The notes below the pieces were generated by a model. The model was not told where the DNA came from. It saw nothing but the letters and a program-made list of their open reading frames with translations, and searched no databases. Made by a program: the position numbers and the translations under genes. A DNA stretch of 63,822 bases, the filler included, from Octopus bimaculoides (Eukaryota): the NCBI RefSeq assembly GCF_001194135.2. It is 4 parts of 4 records of this genome, joined end to end, with 100 filler letters (N's around TTAATTAATTAA, not from the genome) between each part and the next. Parts side by side here need not be neighbours in the genome. Positions count along the whole stretch, not along the records: positions 41,613 to 60,086 come from NC_068983.1; positions 60,187 to 63,822 come from NC_068993.1; 2 more parts are not named here. One strand, 5' to 3'. Positions 49,500-63,822 of the stretch are shown here, one piece after another (positions within the stretch are counted from its first letter, which is position 1; every line of letters begins with the position of its first letter).

Positions 49500-52400
49500 C
49501 TATCTGTTTTATCTAGCTGTGTGTGTGAGTTTCGTTGGTCCTCAATTCCTGAACTTCTTTACTTCCTCTGATACAGAATACATATTGTGGGAGCTTTTAC
49601 ACGCACATTCCTCGTCCGCTAGTCTATCATTGGAGGTTGAATATATTTATATCTCTGTTTCATAGATGCATGCGGAAAATTCTAAGGATCTTCTGTATCG
49701 TGTATCGATTTTCCTGATTTCACAAATGGACCATTTTATGATGTTAATGCCGATAAATCTTTGAGTGCGTCAATCCAGTTTGTTGCTTTAATCTCGCTAT
49801 CTAGGATTGCTATAACGATCGGATAACATTCCTTCGAAATTATTTCGCATATTTTTGAGTGGATGCTATTCCTTTCACATATACCTAATGATTTGTAATT
49901 TTCTTTCTTCGGTATATAACCCTCGATAATGATAGACTTACCTTTCTGTCTGTTAGTTCGTTGTTAGGTGCTTTTTCTTTAAGGGCGTGCTTTAGCCCTT
50001 CTGTTACGTTCGCCTTCTTTTCAGGTTACCGTTTTATGACAGTTAAAAACCGTTCCAGTTGTTTATCATATTTTATAAATAAATTTAGATCGACTACGGA
50101 AAGACGGTGACTGAACAGTCAAACGTATATTCTCTACATATGATTTATGTCATTTAGTACATGTTATCTAGGAGATTGTGAGCCACACAAAAGAGTAGTG
50201 GTGATACAGAATCACATTGAAAGATGCCGACGCATATGTGAATATCAGCAGCGTCCATTAGAGTTTTTTTCTGAATTCAGTATAATTTCTCATTGCCTTA
50301 TTATTTCCACAAAACATTTGCAATAACTTGACAGATTATTTTCCTATATTTCCATGCATTTCTCATTCCAAACATTATTAAACGCATTTTTGTACCTAAT
50401 CTATGGAATAGAAATAATTTTTCGTTGTTTGTGGCAGTTTCTTAGTACCATATTATTCATCGAGAGCTGGCCTTTTCAACTAGAGGAGTTACACTTACAG
50501 GTTGGTTACTACCAGAAAGGTATAAGAGGATTCAGTAATCATGAATGTTAAAATAATATAGCTGTTGCTAAGGTATGCAATCGGTCGGTAATGCTGAGAT
50601 TATTATTTTCGTCAGTAAGTGATTCCATAAACAAATGAGTAATGAATTTTCCTGAGGTTATGCAAAATGACATTGTAGATGAAAGAGGGAGTTATCAATC
50701 CTCTTTGAGTTTCAGGGACAGAATTGTGCCAAAAGATTGGTATTTTATCTTTTCCAGTTGATTTCTCTTTCCTGAAATTTCTCATTGTAGTCACGAGATC
50801 AACAGAAATATGCTTCCATATTTGTCCTTGAATACGTTCAGAATTACTCAATTGTTGGGTATTCTGGGGACACCTGGACGTATGGTTGGACCATATTGAT
50901 GTCTAAAAATTTTGTAAGTCCCCCTCGGTAGTTGTGGTCTCAATAGTTATACGTTTAGCACAGCAGATAAAGGTGTCAGTGCCAAGCAGAAAAGGAGTGG
51001 AGAGAACGTGTGTCCATGTAATATTCCTCTTCTAATGAGGATGGCTTTGGTTTTGATGAGCCTCTCTTTTGTCTGCAGCTGTAGGACTGTCTGCTATTTA
51101 TTCATATAATGCGTTATGTATTTTATGATTATTGGTGTTACCTTGTTCATGGCTAGTTTTACCAGGATCTAAATGTGGAGAATACAATAAAAAGCCTTTC
51201 GGTAATCGATCTAGGCCATACTTAGACCCTTCTTTCTGTGGCTGTCTTCTATTATGGCTTTATTGATCATTAGTTGATCTTTACAGCCGTATGAGCCCTT
51301 GCAACATCTTCTGGGAACAGATTCCACTTCTGGGAACAGGTTGTCTTCTTCCAGATCCTTGCACATTCTCTACGATATTATTTCAGAAAGGCTTTGTAAA
51401 TTGTAGGGAGAGTAGTTATCGGTGTGGGATTTTGTGGAATTGCCGTTTCAACGGATTTGGGAACTAGGATAGCTGTCTCTTCAGTGAGGCTTTCAGGCAA
51501 TGTCTCCGACTTTGCTAGTGTGTCATTAAATGTTTGAGCCTGCTTTTTATGAGCACCTGTCAGATATTTTAATCAGGAGTTGGGGATCGTTTCGGTACAT
51601 GGTGCCTTCCAATTGCTTACTATTTGCAGTGCCTTGATGGTTTCTTCAGTTTTTATAGGGGTCCAGACTTGTTCAGATGCTGAGTTCGTTGATTTGATAA
51701 ACCTTTTCTGAGGTTGTTTCTTCACGGACCATATTTCTTTCCAAATTTTTTTCACTTTTTCTACTGTTCGTTCTGCACTGATCTCTAATATATTTTTGCC
51801 AAGTACTTAGTAGAATCTTATGATTTTGGATTTGAATTGTTTGTTTTGTTCAAAGAAAAGTTGGCGTTTCTCACACCAGCAGATACTTTGTCCTTTAGGG
51901 AGGATATCTTACTTTAGCTGTTCTCTTACCTCAGGTAAACCTTGTTTTGTAATTTTGTATTTACGTAGTATTTTTGTTCTCTTCTTGTTGCATAGTAGTG
52001 TTGATTGTTTACTAATTTCTTTCAGGATTGACAGATATTTTCTCTTGTCTTCTGTTTCATTTGGATATTTCTTATCCACAAGGTGTGTTTCGGTAGTGGA
52101 ACCTTCGGTTTAGATGGGTTTTAGGGAGTATCCAGCTTCTTTTGTGATCTCAACGGCTGCTGCATACATTATATCATTTAGCTTTGTCATATTCATAGTT
52201 GTTTCTGTCGCCAGGTCAATGCTGTTGATTACTGATGTTATTTTAGTATTGATTATGATTTTTTGGAGATGTAATCGGTGATACATACTGTGATCTGTGA
52301 CTTTCAATTCTTCGATTATGCTCATTTTTAGAGTATCATAACCATTATTTTCACCTTCACTGTTTCCAGGTTTTAGATTTGTTTCGCATTCCCTCCCTTT

Positions 52401-53500
52401 TATATTTTTGTCTGTCGTGTTTTGGTTTGGTGTGTTTTTGCTCAACATTATACATTCTTGCAGTCTGGGATTGATGTCTTTCGTTGTTTACTTCGTTTTT
52501 GTTGGATATGTTACGTCTATCTTCATGTTTAACAGTCACACTGCTTATTATATTATTTGGCATTTCTGTATGACTATTATGCAGATTTTGCTCATGTAAT
52601 TATCTTTGAAAGCGTTCTCTTTCCATTTCTCATATATTTATTTATTTATTTACTTTTCTTGTTTTGAGAATATATCTCCCTACGTTAGCTTGCTTATTAG
52701 GGCTAATTGCAATATCCAAATATTTATCTTGGTTAATTTTCTTCGAGATTGTATATGTATATGTTGTGTTTTCGTTCTTTTGGTAGAGCACTGCAGTAAA
52801 ATATGCGTGTAAGATTGAAATATATTTCTCCCGTATCCATTTATGTTTTTTTGATTTTATTTCTGGGACATGAGAAATAACATTCGACCCATTATTTTGA
52901 TGGTTATTATTTTCGTAGGGTGCCGGCTTGTTACTTTCTGGTTTTAAATGGTTTTGCACGTATAGATTTTCCTACATTTTGAATAAGAAGATTAAAGTAG
53001 GTACTTCGATCGTTACCCTGTGTTGAATAATATGGGTATTATTTTTTTTTATTTATTTATTTTTTCTTTGTGCATGATGGGTGCGGACGGCGATGTTCTG
53101 ATGTAGATTGGATCGTAATGTGGCGACCATGTTTACACGTATTGAGCGAGCGATGTAGATATGCAATTAAAATACCTGATTTTATTTGGAAGAGAGAAAT
53201 AAATTTTAGTATTTCTTACGCGGATATTGTCCAGCACTTTTAATGACTGTTACTTGCTCGCGTATAGTCCATCCCTTTTGTTAGCGTGGTGAGCGTGTTT
53301 TCATTTGTTGTGTGAGTGTCCGAGATGATAGACAGTTAAAATGCATCATGTCAATTGGAAAATAAAAATATATTCTAGTGAGTATTACTTACTCGGATAT
53401 AGTCTAACATTTTTTCAGTCATTCGTAGTTTGTTGTCTTTATTCCCGATGTCTTGGGATAGATTTCGGGTAGTGTTTTATTGCCCTCACATGTTAATCGT
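49500..53500 (-). mobile_element. Old, near full-length R4/Dong-clade (RLE) LINE, heavily decayed
   Basis: N-terminal KWxREKYISILHAYF, RT motifs NWKAP, PITTLPTIYK, IDYRKAF, GILHGHTFSPLLFCLALTPL, then KWSICEIRKID; many stops; ends approximate. Confidence 0.75.
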
Positions 53501-53529
53501 CCCCATGTATTATTATTATTATTATTATT

Positions 53530-54410
53530 TAGTTTTACATCTAAGTACATTAGTTGTTTATTCTGGTATATCCTGTGAGTGCGGACAGCAGCCTACCGTC
53601 AGTGGTCTCACAGGGGCTCATTCTGTATTTTATAAGTTATGGTATTTGGTTCTTAATTATCGTAGCAGGCATTAGACATCCAATTACCATTCTCAAAATT
53701 TTACCTGTCATAAGCAGAGCTGGTGTTGGAGTTTACTTTGTTCTCAAGTCAATTACAATGTGTTTGACTTGTGTCTCGAACTTGTTTGTTAGTGCTCCGA
53801 GTGCCGCAATTGTTCTGCATTTCGTAGTTTGAAGCAAATTTCTTCTGCATCAACTACTACACCTTGGTGTTGGTAAGGTGTGTGCAGCATTGTTTGTTTT
53901 GTATCTGCTCCGTAGAGGGCGCCAAAATCAGTATGTGCTGTGTAGGTTATCTACGTTGCTGGTGGAAGTTTATCTCACACAGTAATTGCTGTATACATTG
54001 CGTCTTGTGCTAGTGGGTAATTGTCTTTAGGTTGTATTATTGAAGTGATAGTATCTTGAGTAGGATGTGAGCTGTTCCAAGCAGGGCTATTTTTTGAATA
54101 GTGGGTAGTGTTGAGGAACCAGGTATACTTTCTACGTTTTTATATGTTTTTTTTTTTATCATTCCCAATGCTCCATTTATTACTGGAATTGTTTTTACTT
54201 TCATGCCTCACATCCTGAATACTTCAATTTAAGCTTATTCGTTGTTTGACAATTTTTCCACTCCTTTGTGTACACTATTTTTATCAGAATAGACTGCAAT
54301 GTCTAGCAATATTCAGGAGTTATTGTTCCTCTAATCGTTGACTATAATGTCTCGGTGAGTTAAACTGGTCGGGATCTGGATTAGTCCTGACATCTAGGTT
54401 GATAGGAAGT
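53530..54410 (-). mobile_element. R4/Dong-clade LINE 3' fragment ending at (TAA)n 53508-53529
   Basis: RLE C-terminus KVKTIPVINGALGMIKK..IQKIALLGTAHIL; 3' UTR runs to the TAA tract. Confidence 0.7.
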
Positions 54411-54419
54411 GCGACGAGG

Positions 54420-55690
54420 TGCCAACAGCGTTGCTAGTCTTCCTCAGAAATGAGTTGAAAGGAAGCTGTCCCTGAAAACTTGGGTAGAGTTGGCGAGTGC
54501 ATACATCACCTCCGGTATCATTAATCGCCTGACTCTTATGTCTTGTCTCCGATACTACATGACATGGTTGGACCGCCTCTTATATGAATTCTTGTGGAAG
54601 GGACACTTTCCAATGGCCAGGCGGTCGATCTGTTGCCAGCATACTGAGAGTGTTGAATTATGTATGTTGTGCCTCCGAATGCGCTAACACGCTCTTCGGT
54701 TCCGCTACCTGCAATGATTCCTAGACGGTGAGCATATATGGGCTCTGTTTGTGAGGCTCGTCTCCTTCACGCCGCTGAAAGCCTGGCTGAAGAAAAGACC
54801 GTGACTGAGCGCCTGGTAACTAGAATGCTGCCAGATGCTTACAGCCCTCTACCAGACAGCTAATGAGATCGGTGTATGTTCCGCTTTAGAAATTGATAAA
54901 ACATTAGTGACGGAGAAGTGTGATGACATTCTCAAGGAGACTGAAGTCGCTGACGAGAACAAAATGGGTAATATGTTCCGGAAAACATTCTGGTCGGGAA
55001 CTGTCATGGATAATTGCCAGATGTCCTTGGGCTGGCAGTGCTACCGGAGTTCCAAATAGATTCTACAGGCACGGATATGCTGGTAGACTTGCACGAAGAG
55101 TGACGAAACCGTTTTGCACGCTTTATTTCAGTGTCCAGGCATTGCTGACTCGTGGAGTTATGTCGAAGTGTAGCTGTCAGGTGCGGACGGATCCGTCTCT
55201 CGGCCGAGTCTGTAGTCATGATCACGCCATCACCCTCCTTCAATCAGGCAGGCAAGGCAGTTTTCCCTGCTTGGTGAATTTGGCGACAGGTAGATAAGGC
55301 CGAAAGCATGAGGACAGATACATTAGTCATTGGTAGGGCTCTCCTTGACTTCCTGAGAAGATTGAACGTTACCTCTTTAAGGGTAGACTTGTGCGTCGGA
55401 GAAGGGATTGGAGTGGGCTCTTGCTCCTGAGGTTTCAAGGAAATCTCGGACAGTTGGGTTCCGTGATTAACCATAGGGGTTTTCCTGCATCAAGAGGGTC
55501 ACATCTCTATTATCCAACCGGTCACTATTTTGTTCAACCTTTCTATGACATGTATATGTCCCTTCTTTTTCAGTGCATACTGTGTATACATAATTTCTTT
55601 CTTTCGTTCCTTTTTTTGTTTTCATAATGTCCTAATATATAAGCCTCTTTGTACTACCCCACTCATCGTTCACCCTTGTGGCAAATAAAT
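54420..55690 (+). mobile_element. 5'-truncated L1/Tx1-clade LINE fragment
   Basis: LSLK..FLWKGHFPMARRSICCQH, HALR, zinc-finger remnants; related to the 31455-32720 ORF2; AATAAA at ~55684. Confidence 0.75.
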
Positions 55691-55710
55691 GAAATTATTA
55701 TTATCATTAT

Positions 55711-57409
<1,699 letters not shown>

Positions 57410-60400
57410 CGGAGACTTTAAGCGAAATTGAACATGAGTTCTGGAAAGATTTCTAAGCACAGAAAATAAATGAAGAAAAAGGAGCAAATATCCATAGCGT
57501 CGCATTTCAGTGGACAACGACGAATGCATAGATATATATATGACTAGAAGACAACAAGTATACAATCAAACAATCAAGTAGTTGACATATATTCTGTCTG
57601 AATGCAGTAGCTAACCAGCACCTACAAATCTCAACGTTTTGTCTTATTTAATTGAAATATGTAGATATAATGTAATTTTAGAGATACTTCTGTATTTTCA
57701 GAACACTAGTCTTTGTCGATATGCTTAAGTTAATTACAAGAGAAATGAAATTTAATGAATATCCATCATGAACATGTTTTAAGAATGTCGAGGGAAAACA
57801 TTGTTCTTTCCTTGTTATCTGTAGTTCTGGAAATACACAAAAACGTAATCGCTTACGTACTCATGCACACACGGTGACATTAACAGAGACACACAAAGGC
57901 ACATTGCGATGCATCTAAATTAAAACAAAATATGTATTTACATTTGAATATCCTTTTTGAATTGTTCCTCTTTACCAGATTACTAATATAAAATTTAATA
58001 ACGAATTGAAATTTCAGAATTAGAATATTAATTTTAATGTGTTTTCGAAAAACTATTGTTAACATTATATTATTTCTTTCAGTTTCTATACATTATTTAA
58101 TAATTTTTATTGTTTCAGTAATTGTTTATTAATTATCATGTGAATCATTGAATAAGATTTGCACAAGCAGATATTGTAAAACGTCACTGTGCATCAATAT
58201 CTACCTGGGACTCCGTCGACTACGACGACGAAGGATACAGTTGAACCAATCAACAGATCAACCTGCTCGTAAAATAACTTGCATGTGGCTGAGCACTCCA
58301 CAGTTGTGTGTCCCTTTCACGTAGATCTCAAGGAGATTCAGCGTCAGCGTGACACAGAATATGACAAGACTTGCACTTTGAAGTACAGGTAATACTAATT
58401 ATTTTTCCCAGTTGAGTCCACAGAAGCAACGTGAAATAACAAGTGAATACCCTAACCAATAAGCCGTGGGCCATGACGCATTAATATTAACGTATCATTT
58501 AAGTGTTGTATATAACAGTGTTGCTTCCACATGTAAGAAATTTTACCAGGCAATGAATATTACAAGTATTTAATCATTTTGATGTTGCTATGTATTCAAT
58601 ATTCTGAATTTTGAGGAATTTTTATAAGTTGAGAAGTATGAAAATTACCATTGGTCAGACAACATAGAATGCTATGTTTTTTTTACGATCTGTCGCTTTC
58701 ACACAAGAATTAATTCCAAAACATAAATATCGTCTTCATCCGACAATGTATCTTAATCATATTACACGTTTAAGTTTATGATAGTCGCAATGCTTCTTCA
58801 CTCACATTTCTATGAGTCAGTCAACAGTATTCTTATAGAATATAATTATAACGAGTTTCATAAGACTTATGAATATACACAAAAACTGATTTGTATTTTT
58901 ATATGTTTTCTGTCCTTATGCAAAATAGTGAATATTTTGGTGTATATTACATGTATTACATGACTACTTAGCATAAATATTTTTCTCATTTAACCTTAGG
59001 ATAGACAGCGTATGATAACTGCAGATAATGTAGAAGTATACTGCGTTATGAAATTACAGCAGCCATCGAATTTCATACTTCTAAATGCTAAACAACAAAT
59101 ATAATATTTTGAAATTGCATATTATTTTTTTGTTAGAATCGAGGAAGGAACAACATCACTGATATATGTGTGGCATATAGAGAGATATTAGTAATTAAAA
59201 AAAATTCCAGAAGCTAATAACAAACAATTCATCGTTTAGTAATTTACTAAAATATATACTGAATAAAAGCTAGCATATTAAAAAAATATAATATTTCGAT
59301 ATGCAAGCTTTGTATACGACATTGAAATGAAATCGTCCGACCAGTTATTAAATATTCAGTCATCACCGATTTAAATTCTCTGTACTTTCCGTGATACTTG
59401 TGTCTTTCCATATATATTTTGCGCAACAGAAACGATATCACTCGTTTTAGAATACATTTTGTAAATAAATAAAGTAATCTCGGAAGACCAATTGGGAGCA
59501 AATCGAGATAAAATATGGGAAACATATGTTGAGGTATCTAATAAATCATGAAAAGAAATAGAGATTATATTCCCTAAACCTCAACAGTTGAACCAATAAT
59601 TTTCGAATGGATACAGTGATAATTCAAATATTTGTGCAGCAATAATACTCAAACATATATTGTAGATTACATTGCAGATTTCGAGTTCAGGTAAAAATCT
59701 CATCATTAAATGACATGATGTCAGAGGACAATATAACGCAGCGGAATATACACATTATGCGTTAAAGCATGGGCGGGAAGAGTTCTATCGAGACAGTCTG
59801 CCATGAAAGTCACTGTTGATAGAATGCAGAATACGTAAAAGAAAAACCGGTGACTACTGAAAAATGTTTACGACGGTAATTCAATACGCAATCGTAGATT
59901 TAGACAGAGACAAGGACGTGTTGCAAAAATAGTCCATTTTCACGTAAATGGTCTCGGGTTCAATCCTACTGGAATTTGTTCCGGATAACGGTCTTCTCGA
60001 ATATCCACGCGCCAACTAATTACTTAGTAAATGCAATAGGCGAACATGTATACACGTATATGTACGTATGTCCGCCTGTCTGTATANNNNNNNNNNNNNN
60101 NNNNNNNNNNNNNNNNNNNNNNNNNNNNNNTTAATTAATTAANNNNNNNNNNNNNNNNNNNNNNNNNNNNNNNNNNNNNNNNNNNNATATATATACGTAC
60201 TTACATACAGTATCGCACACACACAGACAGAACTTTTTATTGCATACCAATGAAAACATATATATATATACACACACACATATAAACGCACACACATGCA
60301 CACACACACACACACGTATACACGCACGTATGAGTTTTTGTTCGTATGGTTGCGTAAATATATATATACATGTTTGTGTATATATGCGTATATAGGTCTA

Positions 60401-61304
60401 TATAAATGTGTTTGCCTGGCTATATATATATATATATATACACATATATATACACCACATATANNNNNNNNNNNNNNNNNNNNNNNNNNNNNNNNNNNNN
60501 NNNNNNNNNNNNNNNNNNNNNNNNNNNNNNNNNNNNNNNNNNNNNNNNNNNNNNNNNNNNNNNNNNNNNNNNNNNNNNNNNNNNNNNNNNNNNNNNNNNN
60601 NNNNNNNNNNNNNNNNNNNNNNNNNNNNNNNNNNNNNNNNNNNNNNNNNNNNNNNNNNNNNNNNNNNNNNNNNNNNNNNNNNNNNNNNNNNNNNNNNNNN
60701 NNNNNNNNNNNNNNNNNNNNNNNNNNNNNNNNNNNNNNNNNNNNNNNNNNNNNNNNNNNNNNNNNNNNNNNNNNNNNNNNNNNNNNNNNNNNNNNNNNNN
60801 NNNNNNNNNNNNNNNNNNNNNNNNNNNNNNNNNNNNNNNNNNNNNNNNNNNNNNNNNNNNNNNNNNNNNNNNNNNNNNNNNNNNNNNNNNNNNNNNNNNN
60901 NNNNNNNNNNNNNNNNNNNNNNNNNNNNNNNNNNNNNNNNNNNNNNNNNNNNNNNNNNNNNNNNNNNNNNNNNNNNNNNNNNNNNNNNNNNNNNNNNNNN
61001 NNNNNNNNNNNNNNNNNNNNNNNNNNNNNNNNNNNNNNNNNNNNNNNNNNNNNNNNNNNNNNNNNNNNNNNNNNNNNNNNNNNNNNNNNNNNNNNNNNNN
61101 NNNNNNNNNNNNNNNNNNNNNNNNNNNNNNNNNNNNNNNNNNNNNNNNNNNNNNNNNNNNNNNNNNNNNNNNNNNNNNNNNNNNNNNNNNNNNNNNNNNN
61201 NNNNNNNNNNNNNNNNNNNNNNNNNNNNNNNNNNNNNNNNNNNNNNNNNNNNNNNNNNNNNNNNNNNNNNNNNNNNNNNNNNNNNNNNNNNNNNNNNNNN
61301 NNAT

Positions 61305-61496
61305 TATGACGGCCATCAATACGTCGACCATCACCACCACTGCTGCTAATACTAGCACCACAGTCACCACCATCACCACTACTATCGCACCAACAACAAC
61401 TACTACTACTACCGCTACCACCACCACCATTACTACTACTACTACTACTATTAGTACTACGAAATCTACTACTATTACTACTACTACCGCCGCCAT

Positions 61497-61553
<57 letters not shown>

Positions 61554-61620
61554 GGCTGCTGCTGCTGCTACTGTTACTGCTGCTACTACTACGATGACTA
61601 CTTCTGTTGCTGCTGCGCCA
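61305..61620. repeat. (ACT/ACC/GCT)n trinucleotide region
   Basis: Seen directly. Confidence 0.9.
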
Positions 61621-61935
61621 TAATTATTGCCGCCAAGAACATCATAAGCACATAAACCACATCAATTCCGCCATTAACAATAACCACAGAAGGCGAAAAC
61701 TGGGGGACGGGGTGTGGAGGGGAATGTCCCTATGCGGTCGCCTTACTTGCTAGAAATTGCAGCCAAGTCAGGTCAGGTCTAGGACTATACAAACAACTAT
61801 GATACGAACACCATAATGACGCCAAAAGCATCATCATTAACCAAACCACAGCAAACACCACCACCACCACCACCACCACCACCACCAGGCACTCTACGCC
61901 ATTCTCTATTGTTGCTTGGTGAGTTGACTGCAACC

Positions 61936-62030
61936 CAGTGTTTCTCAACCATTTTTTTTTTTTGCCTGTGCACCCTTTTGATTGCTATTTTTACTCGGGT
62001 GGATCCTCATAGCCATTCAGTGTTTTTAAA
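61936..62030 (+). mobile_element. Possible hAT MITE end (CAGTGTTTCTCAACC)
   Basis: Charlie-type terminal motif only; no partner TIR found. Confidence 0.35.
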
Positions 62031-62464
62031 ATTCATATTATCTCTAATATTATTCTCCCACCTGTTCGTTCGTACGTTACGGCTTTTGTTTGTTAGAGAG
62101 GAGGAGGAGTGAGAGGAAGAGGGAATGTGAGAATGAGTGAGAGAACAGATAGCCCAGCCGATGCATTATGCTGTCACTCATGTGGTTAGTGGAAGTGAGC
62201 GGTGAAGAGAAAGAGAAGAACGTAAGGCATGAAGAGAGGAATTACTTGGTTAAAAAGTTAGTTGAAGAGGAAGGGAGAAACGGAGAGATAAACCACTTAA
62301 CAGATAGGAATTTTAAAATCATAAAATATAATTGTAACCGGAAGTGAAATAACTTAGCAAATTGAAAATAAAAATACAAATCAGCCTATATCTTATACAT
62401 AGCTTCTCTTAATCTTTTTCGTTCTGTGGAATTTCCACGGGTCCCACTTTTTATAATTAGTATT

Positions 62465-62722
62465 TTTTGTTGCTTGTTTTCAGTCATTTGACTGCAGCCA
62501 TACTGGAGTACTGCCTTTAGTCGAACGAATCGATCCCAGGACATATTCTTTGTAAGCCTAGTACTTATTCTATCAGTCTCATTTGCCGAACCGCTGGGTT
62601 ACGGGGACGTAAACACACTAGCATCGGTTGTCAAGCGATGTTGTGGGGACAAACACGCACACAAACACATGCAAACACACACACACATACACATACACAC
62701 ACATATACATATATAAATATGC

Positions 62723-62804
<82 letters not shown>

Positions 62805-63242
62805 TTAGTGTCTTGTACTATAGCCTCCGGCCGACCAATGCCTTGTGGGTAGATTTGGTAGACGGAAACTGAAAGAAGCCCATCGCATGATTGACCGTTG
62901 ACTGGACACTATTCAATTTTTTCTCTCCGTGTTTTTCTCCTTGTCTCCGTATTCTTTCNNNNNNNNNNNNNNNNNNNNNNNNNNNNNNNNNNNNNNNNNN
63001 NNNNNNNNNNNNNNNNNNNNNNNNNNNNNNNNNNNNNNNNNNNNNNNNNNNNNNNNNNNNNNNNNNNNNNNNNNNNNNNNNNNNNNNNNNNNNNNNNNNN
63101 NNNNNNNNNNNNNNNNNNNNNNNNNNNNNNNNNNNNNNNNNNNNNNNNNNNNNNNNNNNNNNNNNNNNNNNNNNNNNNNNNNNNNNNNNNNNNNNNNNNN
63201 NNNNNNNNNNNNNNNNNNNNNNNNNNNNNNATATAAATATGC

Positions 63243-63282
<40 letters not shown>

Positions 63283-63495
63283 CTGTGTGTGTTTGTGTGA
63301 GTGTTTGTCGCTTGACAATCGATGTTGGTGTGTTTACATCCTCGTACCTTAGCTGTTCGGCAAAGGACACCAATAAAATACGTACTAGGATTACAAAGAA
63401 TAAATCCAGGGGTTGATTTCTTCGACTAAAATATGGAGCTCAAGCATGGCCACAGTCAAAATGACTGAAACACGTAAAAGACTAAAAGAATAAAA
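62465..63495. mobile_element. SINE family A pieces: 62465-62700 (-), 62795-62890 (+), 63290-63495 (+)
   Basis: Match to the 4757-5155 copy. Confidence 0.8.
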
Positions 63496-63761
63496 GAACA
63501 TCATAGCCACTGGCTCGTATTAAGAACGCTTCTCCGTTACTTTAAATTCCAATGCACTTTGTATTTTATCGTAAAACTCATGCCTTGTGTTTATACTCAT
63601 TTTGTGCTAGCTTACTGCAAGCGGTCTTGGAGCCTGAAACGTCTCCAAATCATAACATCATCATCCACACTGATATTCTTTCTGCTACGCATTCTCGATG
63701 AATGTAATTATTACTGACACAGGTAACTGCATGTACGTTTGGATTCTGTTTCGTCTCACCT

Positions 63762-63822
<61 letters not shown>

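Noticed and set aside
61305-61623. Mucin-like Thr-rich ORF
   Set aside because: Pure (ACT)n/(GCT)n microsatellite next to a gap; no non-repetitive coding context

Overview
AT-rich, gap-ridden metazoan genomic DNA. About 15-20% is N, and some gaps carry TTAATTAATTAA filler. The repeat landscape (tRNA-head SINEs, mariner/maT, RTE, R4/Dong, Tx1/L1, Penelope, dense microsatellites) plus tandem IL-17-like genes suggests an octopus/coleoid cephalopod; this is inference. The only host genes I can support are two minus-strand IL-17-like paralogues, each with a 15-nt first coding exon and one large second exon. The copy at 37707-39399 is intact (181 aa). The copy at 22619-27229 carries a +1 frameshift and a Cys->Ser loss in the CxC knot motif. 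The most interesting unannotated signal is a family of ~342-354-bp tandem units, each carrying a type-I hammerhead ribozyme motif, at three loci: 3170-3950 (minus), 30382-33261 and 41613-41970. The motifs show covarying stems, palindromic helix III and conserved accessory hairpins, so they resemble retrozymes. One array is interrupted by a Tx1/L1 retrotransposon inserted just upstream of the ribozyme core with a ~18-20-bp TSD, and lies directly beside a Penelope remnant. A fold-back fragment of the same family with an 11-bp TSD sits just 3' of the intact IL-17 gene. Other oddities: a 646-bp GG-ended MITE carrying (TTAGGG)n, a perfect 94-bp inverted duplication in the IL-17 intron, and a head-to-tail pile-up of R4/Dong LINEs in (TAA)n. 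All alignments and coordinates were made by eye; no searches were run.
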